From: Octopus sinensis
Taxonomy: Eukaryota
Assembly: GCF_006345805.1 (NCBI RefSeq)
Contig: NC_043001.1
Coordinates: 25,792,001 to 25,856,000 of the forward strand
Length of the DNA stretch: 64,000 nucleotides
Reading direction: 5' to 3'
This document shows positions 1-11,879 of the stretch, piece by piece. Numbering within the stretch: position 1 is the first letter of the stretch; the number at the start of each line of letters is the position of its first letter. The position numbers were made by a program, and so were the translations under genes. Under the pieces are notes generated by a model. That model did no database searches, was not told where the DNA came from, and saw only the letters and a program-made list of their open reading frames with translations.

Positions 1-185
1 TCCAAGGGAAAGGCAAAGGCCGATACAGCTTGGCACCTGTGACGTCGCAACTCATTTCTACAGCTGAGTGAACTGGAGCAACGTGAAATAAAGTGTCTTG
101 CTCAAGAACACAACACGCAGCCGGGATTCGAGCTCACAACCTCACGATCGTAAGCTCGACGCTCTAACCACTGAGCCATGCGCCT
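1..185 (-). mobile_element. tRNA-derived SINE (family D), 5' head, truncated by window edge
   Basis: Reverse complement starts AGGCGCATGGCTCAGTGGTTAGAGC (A box) ... GAGCTCGAATCCC (B-box-like), followed by TGTTCTTGAGCAAGACACTTT shared with copies at 7455 and 57157. Confidence 0.8.
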
Positions 186-683
186 TTAAAATTGTATTCA
201 TCAAAATTTGAAAGTATTTTACTTAAAAATTAGTTCTATTTTTATTTCTAAGGAAGAAATTAATTTTCAAAAAGCAAATGTATTAAGACCGTACTTACTT
301 CATCCTCTTCTTTGATACCAAGCTTATTGGCATAGAGTCCATTAATTTGAAACTCCTTATCTTGATTTGTAGGGAGCTTGAAATGGCAACTGAAGAATGC
401 TGTCTGCTCATTCTGCAGAATGGCCTTGAAAACTTGGACCTAAAAAATATTTAAACATTTAATATAATGTTTTTAAAGAATACTAGTAAAACATTGAATT
501 AGAAGTTAATGTGAATCTTTAAAACCTTTGATACCAACTTGCTCAAAACTGATCCTGGTTCTATGTTACAGATTTCTTGTTTAAAGCGAGCTAAATTACA
601 ATCTTCCGTCAAAATTATGATTTCTCAACAGCTGTTTCAGGAAGCTCAGAGTTATGTAATAATCATAATTTGCAGATGAAATG

Positions 684-1419
684 TCAAAACAAAAAATGGA
701 ACAAGAACGTAACAGGTGACAACAAAACATTTGGACAGTTAGACGATACAAAAGAGGACAGGAAAAAACAAGGACGGGTCATTCGGAGCTTTCAATCATC
801 AGTTGAGAAGCAGATTGTTTTTGCAGTTTCAGCCGGTTACTCTCGAGACTGCTCTAATCTAGCTGGCCCCAAGAAAATCTAAGCTAAGAGCACTAGATTC
901 TTTGGAAGAAAGTAAGCGAATGTATATGAAAACAAAGACGTGACCGGTTTTTGGCCAAGCCTGACCTTTCTTTCTTGGTTCAACTACCATCTGTGTAGCA
1001 TCTCTTGTAATTCTTCCTACGGCTTTCATCTATGTTCCTGCCATAAGGCTTCACTTCCAATCACGCCAGCTTAATTTAATTCATCCTTAGTCGAAAGACA
1101 CCTGTTGTTAATGTCCTGTTCTTTGTATTTGTAATTGTGTACCATTTCTCCATTTTTTTCTCGTCCTTGTTCTTGTATATATCCGCTTGCTTTCTTCCAA
1201 AGAATCTAGAGATTTCTTAGCTTAGATTTTCTTGGGGCTGGCCAGATTAGAGCAATCTCAAGAGTAACCGGCTGAAACTGCAAAGACGATATGCTTCTCA
1301 ACTGATGACTGAAAGCTCTGAATGACCCATCCTCATTTTTTCCTGAATTTTTTGTATTGTCTAATTGCTCGAATGTTTTGTTGTCGCTTGTTACGTTCTT
1401 GTTTCATTTTTTGTTTTGA
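684..1419. repeat. Diverged long inverted repeat, arms 684-940 and 1162-1419, ~220-bp spacer
   Basis: CCCCAAGAAAATCTAAGCTAAG...TAGATTCTTTGGAAGAAAG in the left arm is the reverse complement of CTTTCTTCCAAAGAATCTA...CTTAGCTTAGATTTTCTTGGGG in the right arm; similarity continues along ~255 bp. Confidence 0.85.
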
Positions 1420-1477
1420 TTTTTTATATATACATATGTACACTTTTGGTCTCCTATATATATATATATATATATAT

Positions 1478-1760
1478 ATCATCATCATCATTATTTAACA
1501 TCCACTTTCCATGCTAGCATGGGTTGGACGGTTTGACTGGGGACTGGTGAGCCAGATGGCTGCACCAGGCTCCAATCTGATCTTGCAGAGTTTCTACAGC
1601 TGGATGCCCTTCCTAACGCCAACCACTCAGAGAGTGTAGTGGGTGCTTTTACGTGCCACCAGCACGAGGGCCAGTCAGGCGGTACTGGCAACGGTCACAC
1701 TCAAATGGTGTTTTTATGTGTCACCTGCACAGGAGCCAGTCCAGTGGCACTGGCAACGCC
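1478..1760 (-). mobile_element. RTE LINE 3' tail fragment
   Basis: (CAT)n then TTTAACATCCACTTTCCATGCTAGCATGGG, matching the 3' ends of the RTE copies at 3300-3675 and 45075. Confidence 0.8.
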
Positions 1761-1778
1761 CTCACTCAAATTTGCACA

Positions 1779-3671
1779 GGTAAATAAAACAATTAAGAAT
1801 ATGAAGACAGGGAAAGCCCTTGGCCCATCATGAATCACCGCTGAGATGATTAAAATATCTGGTGGGGTGTGTTATGGTGTAGTCATCCGTATTGTAAATC
1901 AAGTGGTTCATGAAGGAGTCATACCCAATGACTGCTACAAAGGTAAAGGTGATGCCATAGATAGAAATAATTACAGAGGTATCAAATTGTTGGATCAGGT
2001 GATGAAAATTAAAGAGAGGGTCATAGCCCAACTAATTAGGGAGAGAGTTAGTCTAGATGAGATGCAGTTTGGTTTCGTGTCAGGGAGAAGCACCATTGAT
2101 GCTATATTTCTGGCAAGGCAGTTGCAGGAGAAATACATAGCCAAAGATAAATCTCTGTACTTGGCTTTGGAGAAAGCCTTTGACAGGGTCCCCAGATCCC
2201 TTATCTGATGGTCAATGTGGAAGCTAGGGATAGGCAAGTGGTTGGTGAGAGCTGTACAAGCCATCTACAGGGATGCTACCAGTAAGCTGAGAGTTGGCAA
2301 CAAGTACAGTGAAGAATTCAAGATGATCTTGTTCTTATAGCTGAATTACTATCAGAACTAGAAAAAAAGTTTCAGTATGGAAGCAAGGTCTAGAATCTTA
2401 GAGTTAACCTAGCAAAAACCAAAGTCATAGTAAGAAGGCAGACAAATCACAAATCTCTTTGGGTAGATGGCCCTGCTCGATCTGTAGAAAAGGCACAGGT
2501 AGAAATTCCATAAGATGTACTCAGTGTAAGCTATGGACACATGAGAGGTGCAACAATATCAGAGGAAGGTTAACAAGGAGAATAGCTTTTGTGTGTGGAA
2601 GATGCACAGGTACAATAAACACCAACAATGTACATATAATACATTCCATCAACTGCCAAGGGGTGACCTAGAGATAGCAGATAGCTTCTGTTATCTAGGT
2701 GACCAAGTTAATAGTGGAGATGCATGCTCTGAGAGCGAAGCTGTGTGAATAAGAATAGGCTGGGCAAAGTTCAGAGAGCTCCTACCTCTGCTGGCAACAA
2801 AGGGCTTTCCCTCAGAGTGAAAGGCAGATTGCATGATGCCCATGTGCAAAAAGCTATGCTACACAGCAGTGAAACATGGACTGTGACAGCTGAGGACATA
2901 TGCAAATTTGAAAGAAATGAAGTCAGCATGCTTCACTGGATGTGCAATGTCAGTGAGCATGGATGACAGAGTCTAAGCATCTTGAGAGAAAAGTTGGCAT
3001 AAGAGGCATCAGGCGTGGTGTGCAAGAGAGATGACTGTGCTGGTATAGTCATGTGATGCATATGGACGAGGACAGCTGCATAAAGAAGTACTGATCTCTA
3101 ACTGTGGATGGAACCTGTGGTAGAGGTAGACTCATGAAGACATGGGATGAGGTGGTGAAGCATGATCTTTGGACTTTGAGCCTCACAGAGGCAATGATTA
3201 GAGATCAAGACCTTTGACAATATGCTGTGCTTGAGAAGACCCGTCAAGCCAAGAGAAATCATAATTGTGGCTAATGCTGCTGTCACGTAACTGGCATCCA
3301 TGCTGGTGGCAAGTAAAAAGCACCTTTCAAACACTGGGCCTCATGGAGACAATGTGACTGATGCCAGTGAAAAGCTCTTTTCAAGTGTTGGGCTCCACAG
3401 AGGCAATGACCAAGGCATTTGGCATTATGTTGTGCTTGAGAAGAAGACCCATCAAGCCAAGTAAAATTGCAGTTGTGGCAGATACTGGTGTCACACAAAT
3501 GGCATCTATGCCAGTGGTACGTAAAAAGCACCCATTACACTCTTGGAGTGGTTGGCGTTACGAAGGGCATCCAGCTGTAGAAACCATGCCAAATCAGACT
3601 GGAATCTGGTGCAGCCTTCCAATGGGCCACCCCTGGTCAAATCAGCATGGACAATGGATGTTAAATTATGA

Positions 3672-3675
<4 letters not shown>
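1779..3675 (+). mobile_element. Degenerate 5'-truncated RTE-clade LINE (RT fragment, Cys-rich finger, 3' tail)
   Basis: Translations MKTGKALGPS, NYRGIKLLDQVMK, QFGFVSGRSTIDAIFLARQLQEKY and LEKAFDRVPR are non-LTR RT motifs; stops, frameshifts and an internal deletion are present; ends in (GAT)n. Confidence 0.9.
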
Positions 3676-3708
<33 letters not shown>

Positions 3709-3711
<3 letters not shown>

Positions 3712-3915
3712 ATTCTCTTTTTAGTGCTTTATTATTTAACATACTCACCGGTAAAGTTTCCATTCATTTACTTATTTATTTTTCTTTTATTTAGGAAAAA
3801 TAAATAAGTAAATGAGTGGAAACTTTACTAAAAGATAATGACTCTCCCTAGACACAACAAAATATGCTTCAACACATGAACTCACAGAAAGAGTCTTGTA
3901 AACCAAATCCAAAAA
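3709..3915. repeat. Centre-deleted copy of fold-back family P1 (see 23862 and 48916)
   Basis: GTCATT..TTT / ACTCACCGGTAAA / AATGACTCTCCC.AGACACAA...CCAAATCCAAAA shared with the other two copies; short residual palindrome around 3760-3830. Confidence 0.75.
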
Positions 3916-4318
3916 TGAAGTGTGTGTGTGTATATATATATAAAGAGAGAAACACACATGTATAAATAATTACACTAAACTTTATTATGTGATATATCCA
4001 TAGATTTTGGCAGTCACAGCAATCATAAATTAAATAAATTTACTATAAGACAGTCATAAACATCTGTTATGTTAATACAGCTATCACTGTGGATAGGAAA
4101 AAACTGTTTGGAATATCATTAAACTTTCATCAGCAATCATTAACTGCTGCTGTAAAATTGTATTTAAAGAGGTAGTCTGATTTGAATGCTTGAACCATTT
4201 TCAGTTATTGTTCTGTTATGTAAATTACTGACAGCATACTAAACTTTACTATGGGAGATATCCATATATTTTACTCATCACTGCATTTATATAATAGTTT
4301 TATAAACAATTATATACA

Positions 4319-4713
4319 TAGGCGCAGGAGTGACTGTGTGGTAAGTAGCTTGTTTACCAACCACATGGTTCCGGGGTCAGTCCCACTGCGTGGCACCTTG
4401 GGCAAGTGTCTTCTACTATAGCCTCGGGTCGACCAAAGCCTTGTGAGTGGATTTGGTAGACGGAAACTGAAAGAAGCCCGTCGTATATATATGTATATAT
4501 ATGTATGTGTGTGTGTTTGTCCCCCTAGCATTGCTTGACAACTGATGCTGGTGTGTTTATGTCCCCATTACTTGGCGGTTCAGCAAAAGAGACTGATAGA
4601 ATAAGTACTGGGCTTATAAAAGAATAAGTCCCGGGGTCGAGTTGCTCGATTAAAGGTGGTGCTCCAGCATGGCCGCAGTCAAATGACTGAAACAAGTAAA
4701 AAAGTAAAAGAGT
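4319..4713 (+). mobile_element. tRNA-derived SINE family A (CORE-like centre)
   Basis: GGCGCAGGAGTG..GTGTGGTAAG head, CACCTTGGGCAAGTG core, ends GACTGAAACAAGTAAAA(G)AG; at least 8 near-full copies in the window. Confidence 0.85.
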
Positions 4714-4968
4714 AATTTATACAGACACACACACAAAGACATAAGTGAAGGCATAGGTGTGTGGTTAAGAAGTTTGCTGTGTAACCATGTGTTTCAGGGT
4801 TCACTTCTACAGTGTGGTACTTTGATATGTCTAGGCTGCCATTGCCCAAATGTTGATTGATGACTTGTGAGTGAATCTTGTAGGTAGACAGAAACTGTGC
4901 AAGGCCTGTCATATATATATATATTCACCATGATAGATCGCTAGCCACTACACATTCTTTATTTTCTC

Positions 4969-5076
4969 GGCTTGAAACGTTAAAGACTTTTTCACTTCCT
5001 GAGCATTATACTAAAACATCTGTTTGTTGTCTATACCACCTGTCTTCGTCTTTTGTTTTTTTTTGTGAATTCTCCC
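4969..5076 (+). repeat. Fragment of a PLE-like short repeat (second copy 10835-10975, minus)
   Basis: AAAGACTTTTT...CCTGAGC.TTATACTAA.ACATCTGTTTGTT.T.TA.ACCACCTGTCTTCGTCTTTTG is shared in reverse complement with 10835-10930. Confidence 0.7.
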
Positions 5077-6229
5077 TATATATATATATATACACACATA
5101 CACGTGTGTGTGTGTGACCCAGTATATGTTGTAAAGTGGTTGGTGCTGTGATGGCATCCAACCATAAAAACTATGGCAAAGCAAACACTGGAGCTCAACA
5201 CAGTTCTCAAATTGAGGAGATCCAGCTGAACAGTTCAAAGATGACAGCATGGAAGACAAACATTAAATGTTGTATCTATGTGAGAATGTTTACATTTTGT
5301 AATGGCGTAACTTATGATAATCTGCTTATCAACAAATTGTCTGCTACCTCTGCATTTTTAATGGCGTATGGAATGAAAAGTGAGTTTGCTTGGAAACAGA
5401 TAAGGATTAGTGACAAGAAGGGCATCCAGCCGTAAAAATAATGCTTCAATATATATTCATCTTACCACATCAGCACAGAAAAAACCGAATGAATGAACAA
5501 ATGCCAATGGTATGAAAAAATATCCCTAGTCCATGCTGTAAAGTGGTTGATGATAGAAAGACCATTCAGCTGGAAAACAGAAATTGTGCCACAGAAGACA
5601 TTCACACACAATAACAAAGGCTGGCTATTTTCTTTGTTGCTGTATATGGTGGATGCTGAAAAATTGAGATGCTGTGAAACCAGTCCAACTGATAACAACA
5701 TGGTGAAAATGGATGTTAAATGATAATGATAATTTATGACATCTATATTGGGATACAAAATGTTTTTTGATAGAGGAGAAAAATAATTTCACATTGGGTG
5801 TGTCTACTTCTAAGTTAAAAAGTGGATTGAATGCATGGACACACACACACACACACACACACATACACATATATAGAGAGATAATATTTTCGATCATTTG
5901 TTTATATTTAAAAATTGTTGCTTTAAAATCAGAGATTGAATATCATTATGGTATATATTATATACAGTTATTATATATATATATATATATAATATGAGAA
6001 AGAGAGAAAGAGAGAGAGAGTGTGAAACAGATACAAATATATATAGTCACAAGCATGGCTGTGTGGTTAAGACAATAGCTTCTCAGCCACACGGTTTTGG
6101 GATCAACCATTGTATGGCACCTTGGGCAAGTGTCTTGGGTCAACAAAAGACTTGTGAGATAGAAACTGAAAGAAGCCTGTCCTGTGTATATGCATGTGTG
6201 CACATATGTGTGTGTTGATATCTTCTTGT

Positions 6230-6410
6230 CATGTCAAGCACCCACTACACTCATGGAGTGGTTGGCATTAGGAAGGGCATCCAGCCGTAGAAACACTGCC
6301 AGATCAGACTGGGCCTGGTGCAGCCTTCTGGCTTCCCAGACCCCAGTTGAACTGTCCAACCCATGCTAGCATGGAAAGCGGACGTTAAACGATGATGATG
6401 ATGATGATGT
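6230..6410 (+). mobile_element. RTE LINE 3' tail fragment
   Basis: GCACCCACTACACTC...GCATGGAAAGCGGACGTTAAAC(GAT)n. Confidence 0.8.
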
Positions 6411-6861
6411 CATCACATGACAGTTACAAACAAGTGTTACTATCATACAAGTGCTGCCTTTCATTTTCAATCTTCCATGAAAACATGTCCAGCCATGGGG
6501 AAATATTATGTAAATTGGAAACAGGTGAGAGTTGGTAAGAGGAAGGGTATCTGACTAGAAAATTTGTCTAAAAAAATTCTATTTGACCCATATGAATATA
6601 GAAAATTAGGCAAAAAATGATGATGATGATGTATGTACCTAATGCATGTGGGTATATAAGCACAGGTATGACTATGTGGTAATAAAATCCCCTTTGAAAC
6701 TACGTAGTTTTGGGTTCAAATCTACAGTGCAGTACCTTACTCAAGTGTCTTCTAAATTAGGTTCAAGCCAACCAATGCCTTATATGAGTTAAACTAGTAC
6801 ATGGAAACTATGAAAGCCCATAAGGTATATGTATGTGTGTGTGCATGTATATATAGGCAAT

Positions 6862-7140
6862 GACCAAGACTATTGGCATTATGTCGTGCTTGAGAAGAAG
6901 ACCTATCAAGCTGAGCAAAATTGTAGTCATGGCAGATGCCAGTGTCATTCAAACGGCACCCTTGCCAGTGGCATGTAAAGGCATCCATTACACTGTCGGA
7001 GTGGTAGGCGTTAGGAAAGGCATCCAGCTGTAGAAAAGCATACCAAATTAGACAGGAGCCTGGTGTAGCCTTCCAGCGTGTCAGCCCAGTCAAGCTGTCC
7101 AACACATGCCCGCATGGACAATGAATGTTAAATGATGATA
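6862..7140 (+). mobile_element. RTE LINE 3' tail fragment
   Basis: Same tail motifs as 3300-3675, ends GTTAAATGATGAT. Confidence 0.75.
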
Positions 7141-7150
7141 TGTATGTGTG

Positions 7151-7213
<63 letters not shown>

Positions 7214-7315
7214 ATAAAAATGGTAAGACAACAAAAGAAAGAAAGAGACCTCGATATTATGTAAATAGGGGAATTTATCTGTAAATGTAATATGTGACGA
7301 TTATTCGGTAGTCAT

Positions 7316-7377
7316 GATAAAACTCCGAGTTTTGGATGCCAAGGTGGAAATCCACTCCGCCATCTCTTCAGTTATCT
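7316..7377 (-). pseudogene. Fossil type I hammerhead ribozyme (G12 lost)
   Basis: Minus strand GATAA-CTGAAGA-GATG...CATC-C-AAAAA-CTCGGAGT-T-TTATC: stems I, II and III present, GAAA mutated. Confidence 0.55.
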
Positions 7378-7454
7378 GGCCATTGGAAGTTTTCTCATGG
7401 CTACCGAATAATTGTCACATATTACATTTACAGATATATATATATATAGTGAAA

Positions 7455-7770
7455 GCGCATGACTTAGTGGTTAGCATGCTCACTCACTCATTATCATAAG
7501 TTTGTGAGTTTGATTCATGGTAGCATGTTGTGTCCTTGAGCAAGACACTTTATTTCACATTGGTCCAGTTCACACAGCTGGCAAGAATGTGTAGTACCTG
7601 TATTTCAAAGGGCCAGCCTTGTCACGTTCTGTGTCATGCTGAATCCCCCTGATAACTACATTAACGTCTGTGGAGCGCTCAGCCACTTGCTCCTTAATTT
7701 CATGAGCAAGCTGTTCTGTTGACTGGATCAACTAGAACCCTCATTGTTGTAAGCAATGAAGTGCCAGTTT
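7455..7770 (+). mobile_element. tRNA-derived SINE family D
   Basis: GCGCATGACTTAGTGGTTAG head and GTGTCCTTGAGCAAGACACTTTATTTCAC; similar to 57157-57478. Confidence 0.75.
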
Positions 7771-7795
7771 TATATATATATATATATCATTAATG

Positions 7796-7841
<46 letters not shown>

Positions 7842-8181
7842 GTGGGTGTAAACACATGAACAAAATAAGAATAAACAAAAACAAATTACATGAATATATA
7901 TAAACAGGAGATACAAATATTACAGGCATTTCCCCCTCCACACACACACACACTAACTAAACATAGACACATATAGAGATATAAGTATGTGCAAATGAAG
8001 ACACATACAATAGAAATACAAAATGGCTGACGGTTAGTAAGGAGAGACACACAAATAAGAAAGAAGAAAGCAAAGGACCACTGATGCGGTCACAGGAGTG
8101 TGACGAAAGAACTCTGGCCGAAATAAGATTAAGATTAATGTAAAAAAATAAATAATGGTGAAGCAAAGTAAAACCAAATAA

Positions 8182-8220
<39 letters not shown>

Positions 8221-8247
8221 TTTATTTAAAGCAGCAGAAAATTCAAC

Positions 8248-8295
8248 AAAATCTGTTACTCTGAGTTTCTCGTTGCCGTTCATCAGACAGTTTTT
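8248..8295 (-). ncRNA. Minimal type I hammerhead ribozyme motif
   Basis: Minus strand AAAAACTGT-CTGATGA-A-CG-GCAA-CG-A-GAAA-CTCAGAGT-A-ACAGATTTT: stem I CTGT/ACAG, GCAA tetraloop, GUA triplet. Confidence 0.6.
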
Positions 8296-8554
8296 GCTAG
8301 AATGGAACCGATATATCAATTCAATCCAGACTCTTACAAACGCTACACCTTTAAAAAAAAAAAAAAAAAAATTTTCTAAAATCTACACAGCCTTGGTTTT
8401 TTACCTCATTACGGTAAAAAATTTTTATATACACATGCTGATATATGACCTACATTGGACTCCTTATTCACATAATCACCAAATCTGGAAATTAACTATG
8501 GTCTATCCATAGCACTTACTCAGCATTAGCTTTGGATCTCACTGACACCATTAC

Positions 8555-8624
<70 letters not shown>

Positions 8625-9214
8625 TGAGAGAGAGAGAGAGAGAGAGTGAGAGAGAGCCTTAGGCATACATAAAAGCATGCATGTATATACAAATATATGA
8701 CAGAATATTAATCAAACCACCTTGTAGGTGGTTTGATTAATTTTCTTTTAAGTCACTGCACTAATTGTTTTAATATTCTTCTCTTAACTAAGCAAGACTT
8801 TCCCTCTACCATAAGATCTACAATTGCAATAAAGTAATCCCTCAACTATCACAGGTGTTATGCTCCAAACCCTACCGTGATGGGTGAAAATCCATGAAGT
8901 AGAAACAGTACTGTACTCTATAATTTTTAATATTATTTTTATAATTTGTAGATATATTTTTTAATTATAAATGCAAAACAACACCAAGGAGGAATTGGCA
9001 TAAGCTTAAATAATAAGCCGTGATATGGCGAGGGATTACTGTACTGTAAAATTTTCCTTCTCAAACTTAGCTAAACTGAATAGAAATAATAATTATAGTA
9101 TTATTAACATAACCAACAATAATAATAGTGGTAATTGCGGTAGTTATTGTAACAGTAATAATATTAATAGTGACATAATTTACAACAAGAGGGTTAATAT
9201 AGAAATAACTATAC

Positions 9215-9600
9215 CACAATCAGCCAGTGCTTTCTTAACACTAAATGTCTTTAAAACTATGTATACCAATGTACAGCAAAAACCAACAATATATACAAAG
9301 TGTACATAGGCCTCACCACCAATCTCTTAAGGACCTACTGCCAGCATAAACATTCCTTCCATAACCTGGCAAGAAGGAATACTACTACACTATCCAGTTA
9401 CACTTAAAGAATATAATGCACAACACAACTTGCAATGGGAAATATTCGGAACACTGCATACACAAGCAACAGAAATCTTGTAATGTAGACATGGAAGCAG
9501 AGATCTAGATTCTGTGTGCTAAAATAGCAATCCTAACCTGGATATCTGAGATGACAACATGCAGACTTCCCTCCATACTCCTAAATTGAACTGTTACTAG
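9215..9600 (+). mobile_element. Degenerate Penelope-like GIY-YIG endonuclease (Naiad-like C-terminus)
   Basis: Frame reads CFLNTKCL*NYVYQCTAKTNNIYKVYIGLTTNLLRTYCQHKHSFHN...TTLSSY, then after frameshifts LQWEI and SEMTTCR, matching the VY...YIG.T...H pattern. Confidence 0.7.
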
Positions 9601-9679
9601 ATTATATCACACCACTAATAACTATTCTAACTTTTTCTCCTAGTTTTCTCTCTAGAGAAATGCATTACATGTTTGGACA

Positions 9680-10165
9680 GTGCTTTTTACATGCCACCAG
9701 CACGGGGAGCCAGTCAGGCGGCACTGGCAACAACCCACGCATGAATGGTACTTACTGTGTTCCACCAGCATGAGAGCCAGTCAGGTGGCACCGGCATCAG
9801 CCACAACTACAATTTCCATTTGACTGTGTTATGATTTTACTTGACTCAATAGGTCTTCCCAAGCATGGCGTATCACCTGACGATTCAAAGGTACTTTTTA
9901 AATGGGCTGGTTATGCGACATTGGTATAGGCTATGGTTGTGAGCTCATTTTACTTGCCGGGTCTTCTCAATCACAGCATATCTCCAGCGGTCTCAGTCTC
10001 TTGTCATTGCCTTTGTGAGGCCCAACATTTGAAAGACATATAGGAAGGGATCCATCCGTAGAAAGCATGCCAAATCAGACTGGAGTTTGATGCAGCTCCC
10101 CAGCTTTGGTCAAGCTGTCCAACCCATACCAGCAAGGACAACAGACATTAAATGATGATGATAAT
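9680..10165. mobile_element. Cluster of RTE 3' tail fragments in both orientations
   Basis: GCTTTTTACATGCCACCAGC motif (minus) at ~9680 and CTGTCCAACCCAT...ATTAAATGATGAT (plus) at ~10110-10165. Confidence 0.65.
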
Positions 10166-10166
10166 G

Positions 10167-10198
<32 letters not shown>

Positions 10199-11455
10199 AC
10201 ATACATACATACACACACACTTTAATATTGAACAGTGAGAATGAGTGCTCAACATCACATTGGTGGATAAATATTGTCACATGGGATATTGTTGTTCATC
10301 TCCATCTTGGATGAAAACATATATATATATTTATATATGTCATCATCAACATATATATGTCATCATCACTTAATATACTTAATATATGCTAGGTAGGTTA
10401 CACATATGCACACACACGTGTGTGTGCATGTGTATATGTATGTGCATGTATTCCTTGTATTAACCTCATGTGAAGGTTGTAAACAAGCATCACCATAATA
10501 CAAGCAATGTTGCTTATTCTCATAAGAAAAAAAAACATGTCTGGCCATGGGGAACTTTGCTTGGAAACAGGTGATGGCTGGTTACAGGAAAGGCAGCCAG
10601 TTATGGGAAGACCTATCTCAATGAATTCTATATCCCTAAAAACAAGGAAATGTGAACTTAAAACGATGATGATGATGACGATAATGATGATGTGCACACA
10701 CACACACACACTGGTTTCAAATTTTGACACAAGGCTAACAATTTTAGGGGAGGAGGTAAAGAGATTACATCAACCCTAGTTTTCAAATGGTATTTATTTT
10801 ATTGACTTGAAATATAAAATTATATATATATATAGGGAGAGTTTACGAAAAGCACAAAAGACGAAGACAGGTGGTGTACAAAACAAACAGATGTATTAGT
10901 ATAACGCTCAGGAATAGAAAAAAGTCTTTTATGTTTCGAGCCTACGCTCTTCTACAGAAAGGGACACAGAAAAAAACAAGGAGAGAGAATATATATATAT
11001 AATTTTAGGGGAGGATATAAAGAAATTTCATCGATCCTAGTTTTCAAATGGTACTTATTTTATTGACTCGAAAAGGATGAAAGGTAAAGTCGACTCCAGT
11101 GGCATTTGAACTCAAGAGTGTACAGTTAGAAGAAAAGCTGCAAAGTATTTTGTCTGGCACAGTAATGAATCTGCCAGTCCTATTAACAATTATTTAAACA
11201 TGTGGTGACTGTCTGATTGAGACACACTTGTTCATTTCTCTTCATTTTTCTCTCGCCTCATTTATCCTTTTTGTAGAAGTGCGTAAGCTTGATGAATTAA
11301 AAACTTCATCCAATTTTCCTGAGCATCAAATTAATTTGCTTGTTTTTTTTTTTAACCTCACCTATTTTATTTTTGTAATTAGAAATATATATATACACAC
11401 ACACAAAGATTTATAAGTGTGTATGTGTGTGTGTGCATATATATATGCACACACA

Positions 11456-11631
11456 CTGATGGGCTGGGGGGTGCTTTCCTTGTCTTCATATCCTTCATTG
11501 CTTTATCCACCAAGCTACTGGTCCATCTGTTGGGTCCATACTTAGATACACATTCACACATGTATGTATTGAAACAGATCCTAACTTCTATCAAAACCAC
11601 CATTCCAAAGTATGTTTCACTACGGTATGTG

Positions 11632-11682
<51 letters not shown>

Positions 11683-11879
11683 ATGTATATATATATATAT
11701 ATACATACATACCGTAGTGAAACATACTTTGGAATGGTGGTTTTGATAGAAGTTAGGATCTGTTTCAATACATACATGTGTGAATGTGTATCTAAGTATG
11801 GACCCAACAGATGGACCAGTAGCTTGGTGGATAAAGCAATGAAGGATATGAAGACAAGGAAAGCCCCCCAGCCCATCAG
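11456..11879. repeat. Near-perfect 175-bp inverted duplication around an (AT)n spacer
   Basis: 11456-11630 is the reverse complement of 11707-11879 apart from a 2-nt indel; the ORF track gives the same peptide on both strands. Confidence 0.95.

Noticed and set aside
4105-4140. Minus-strand CTGATGAAAG...TTCCAAAC
   Set aside because: G12 is missing and stem II does not pair convincingly.
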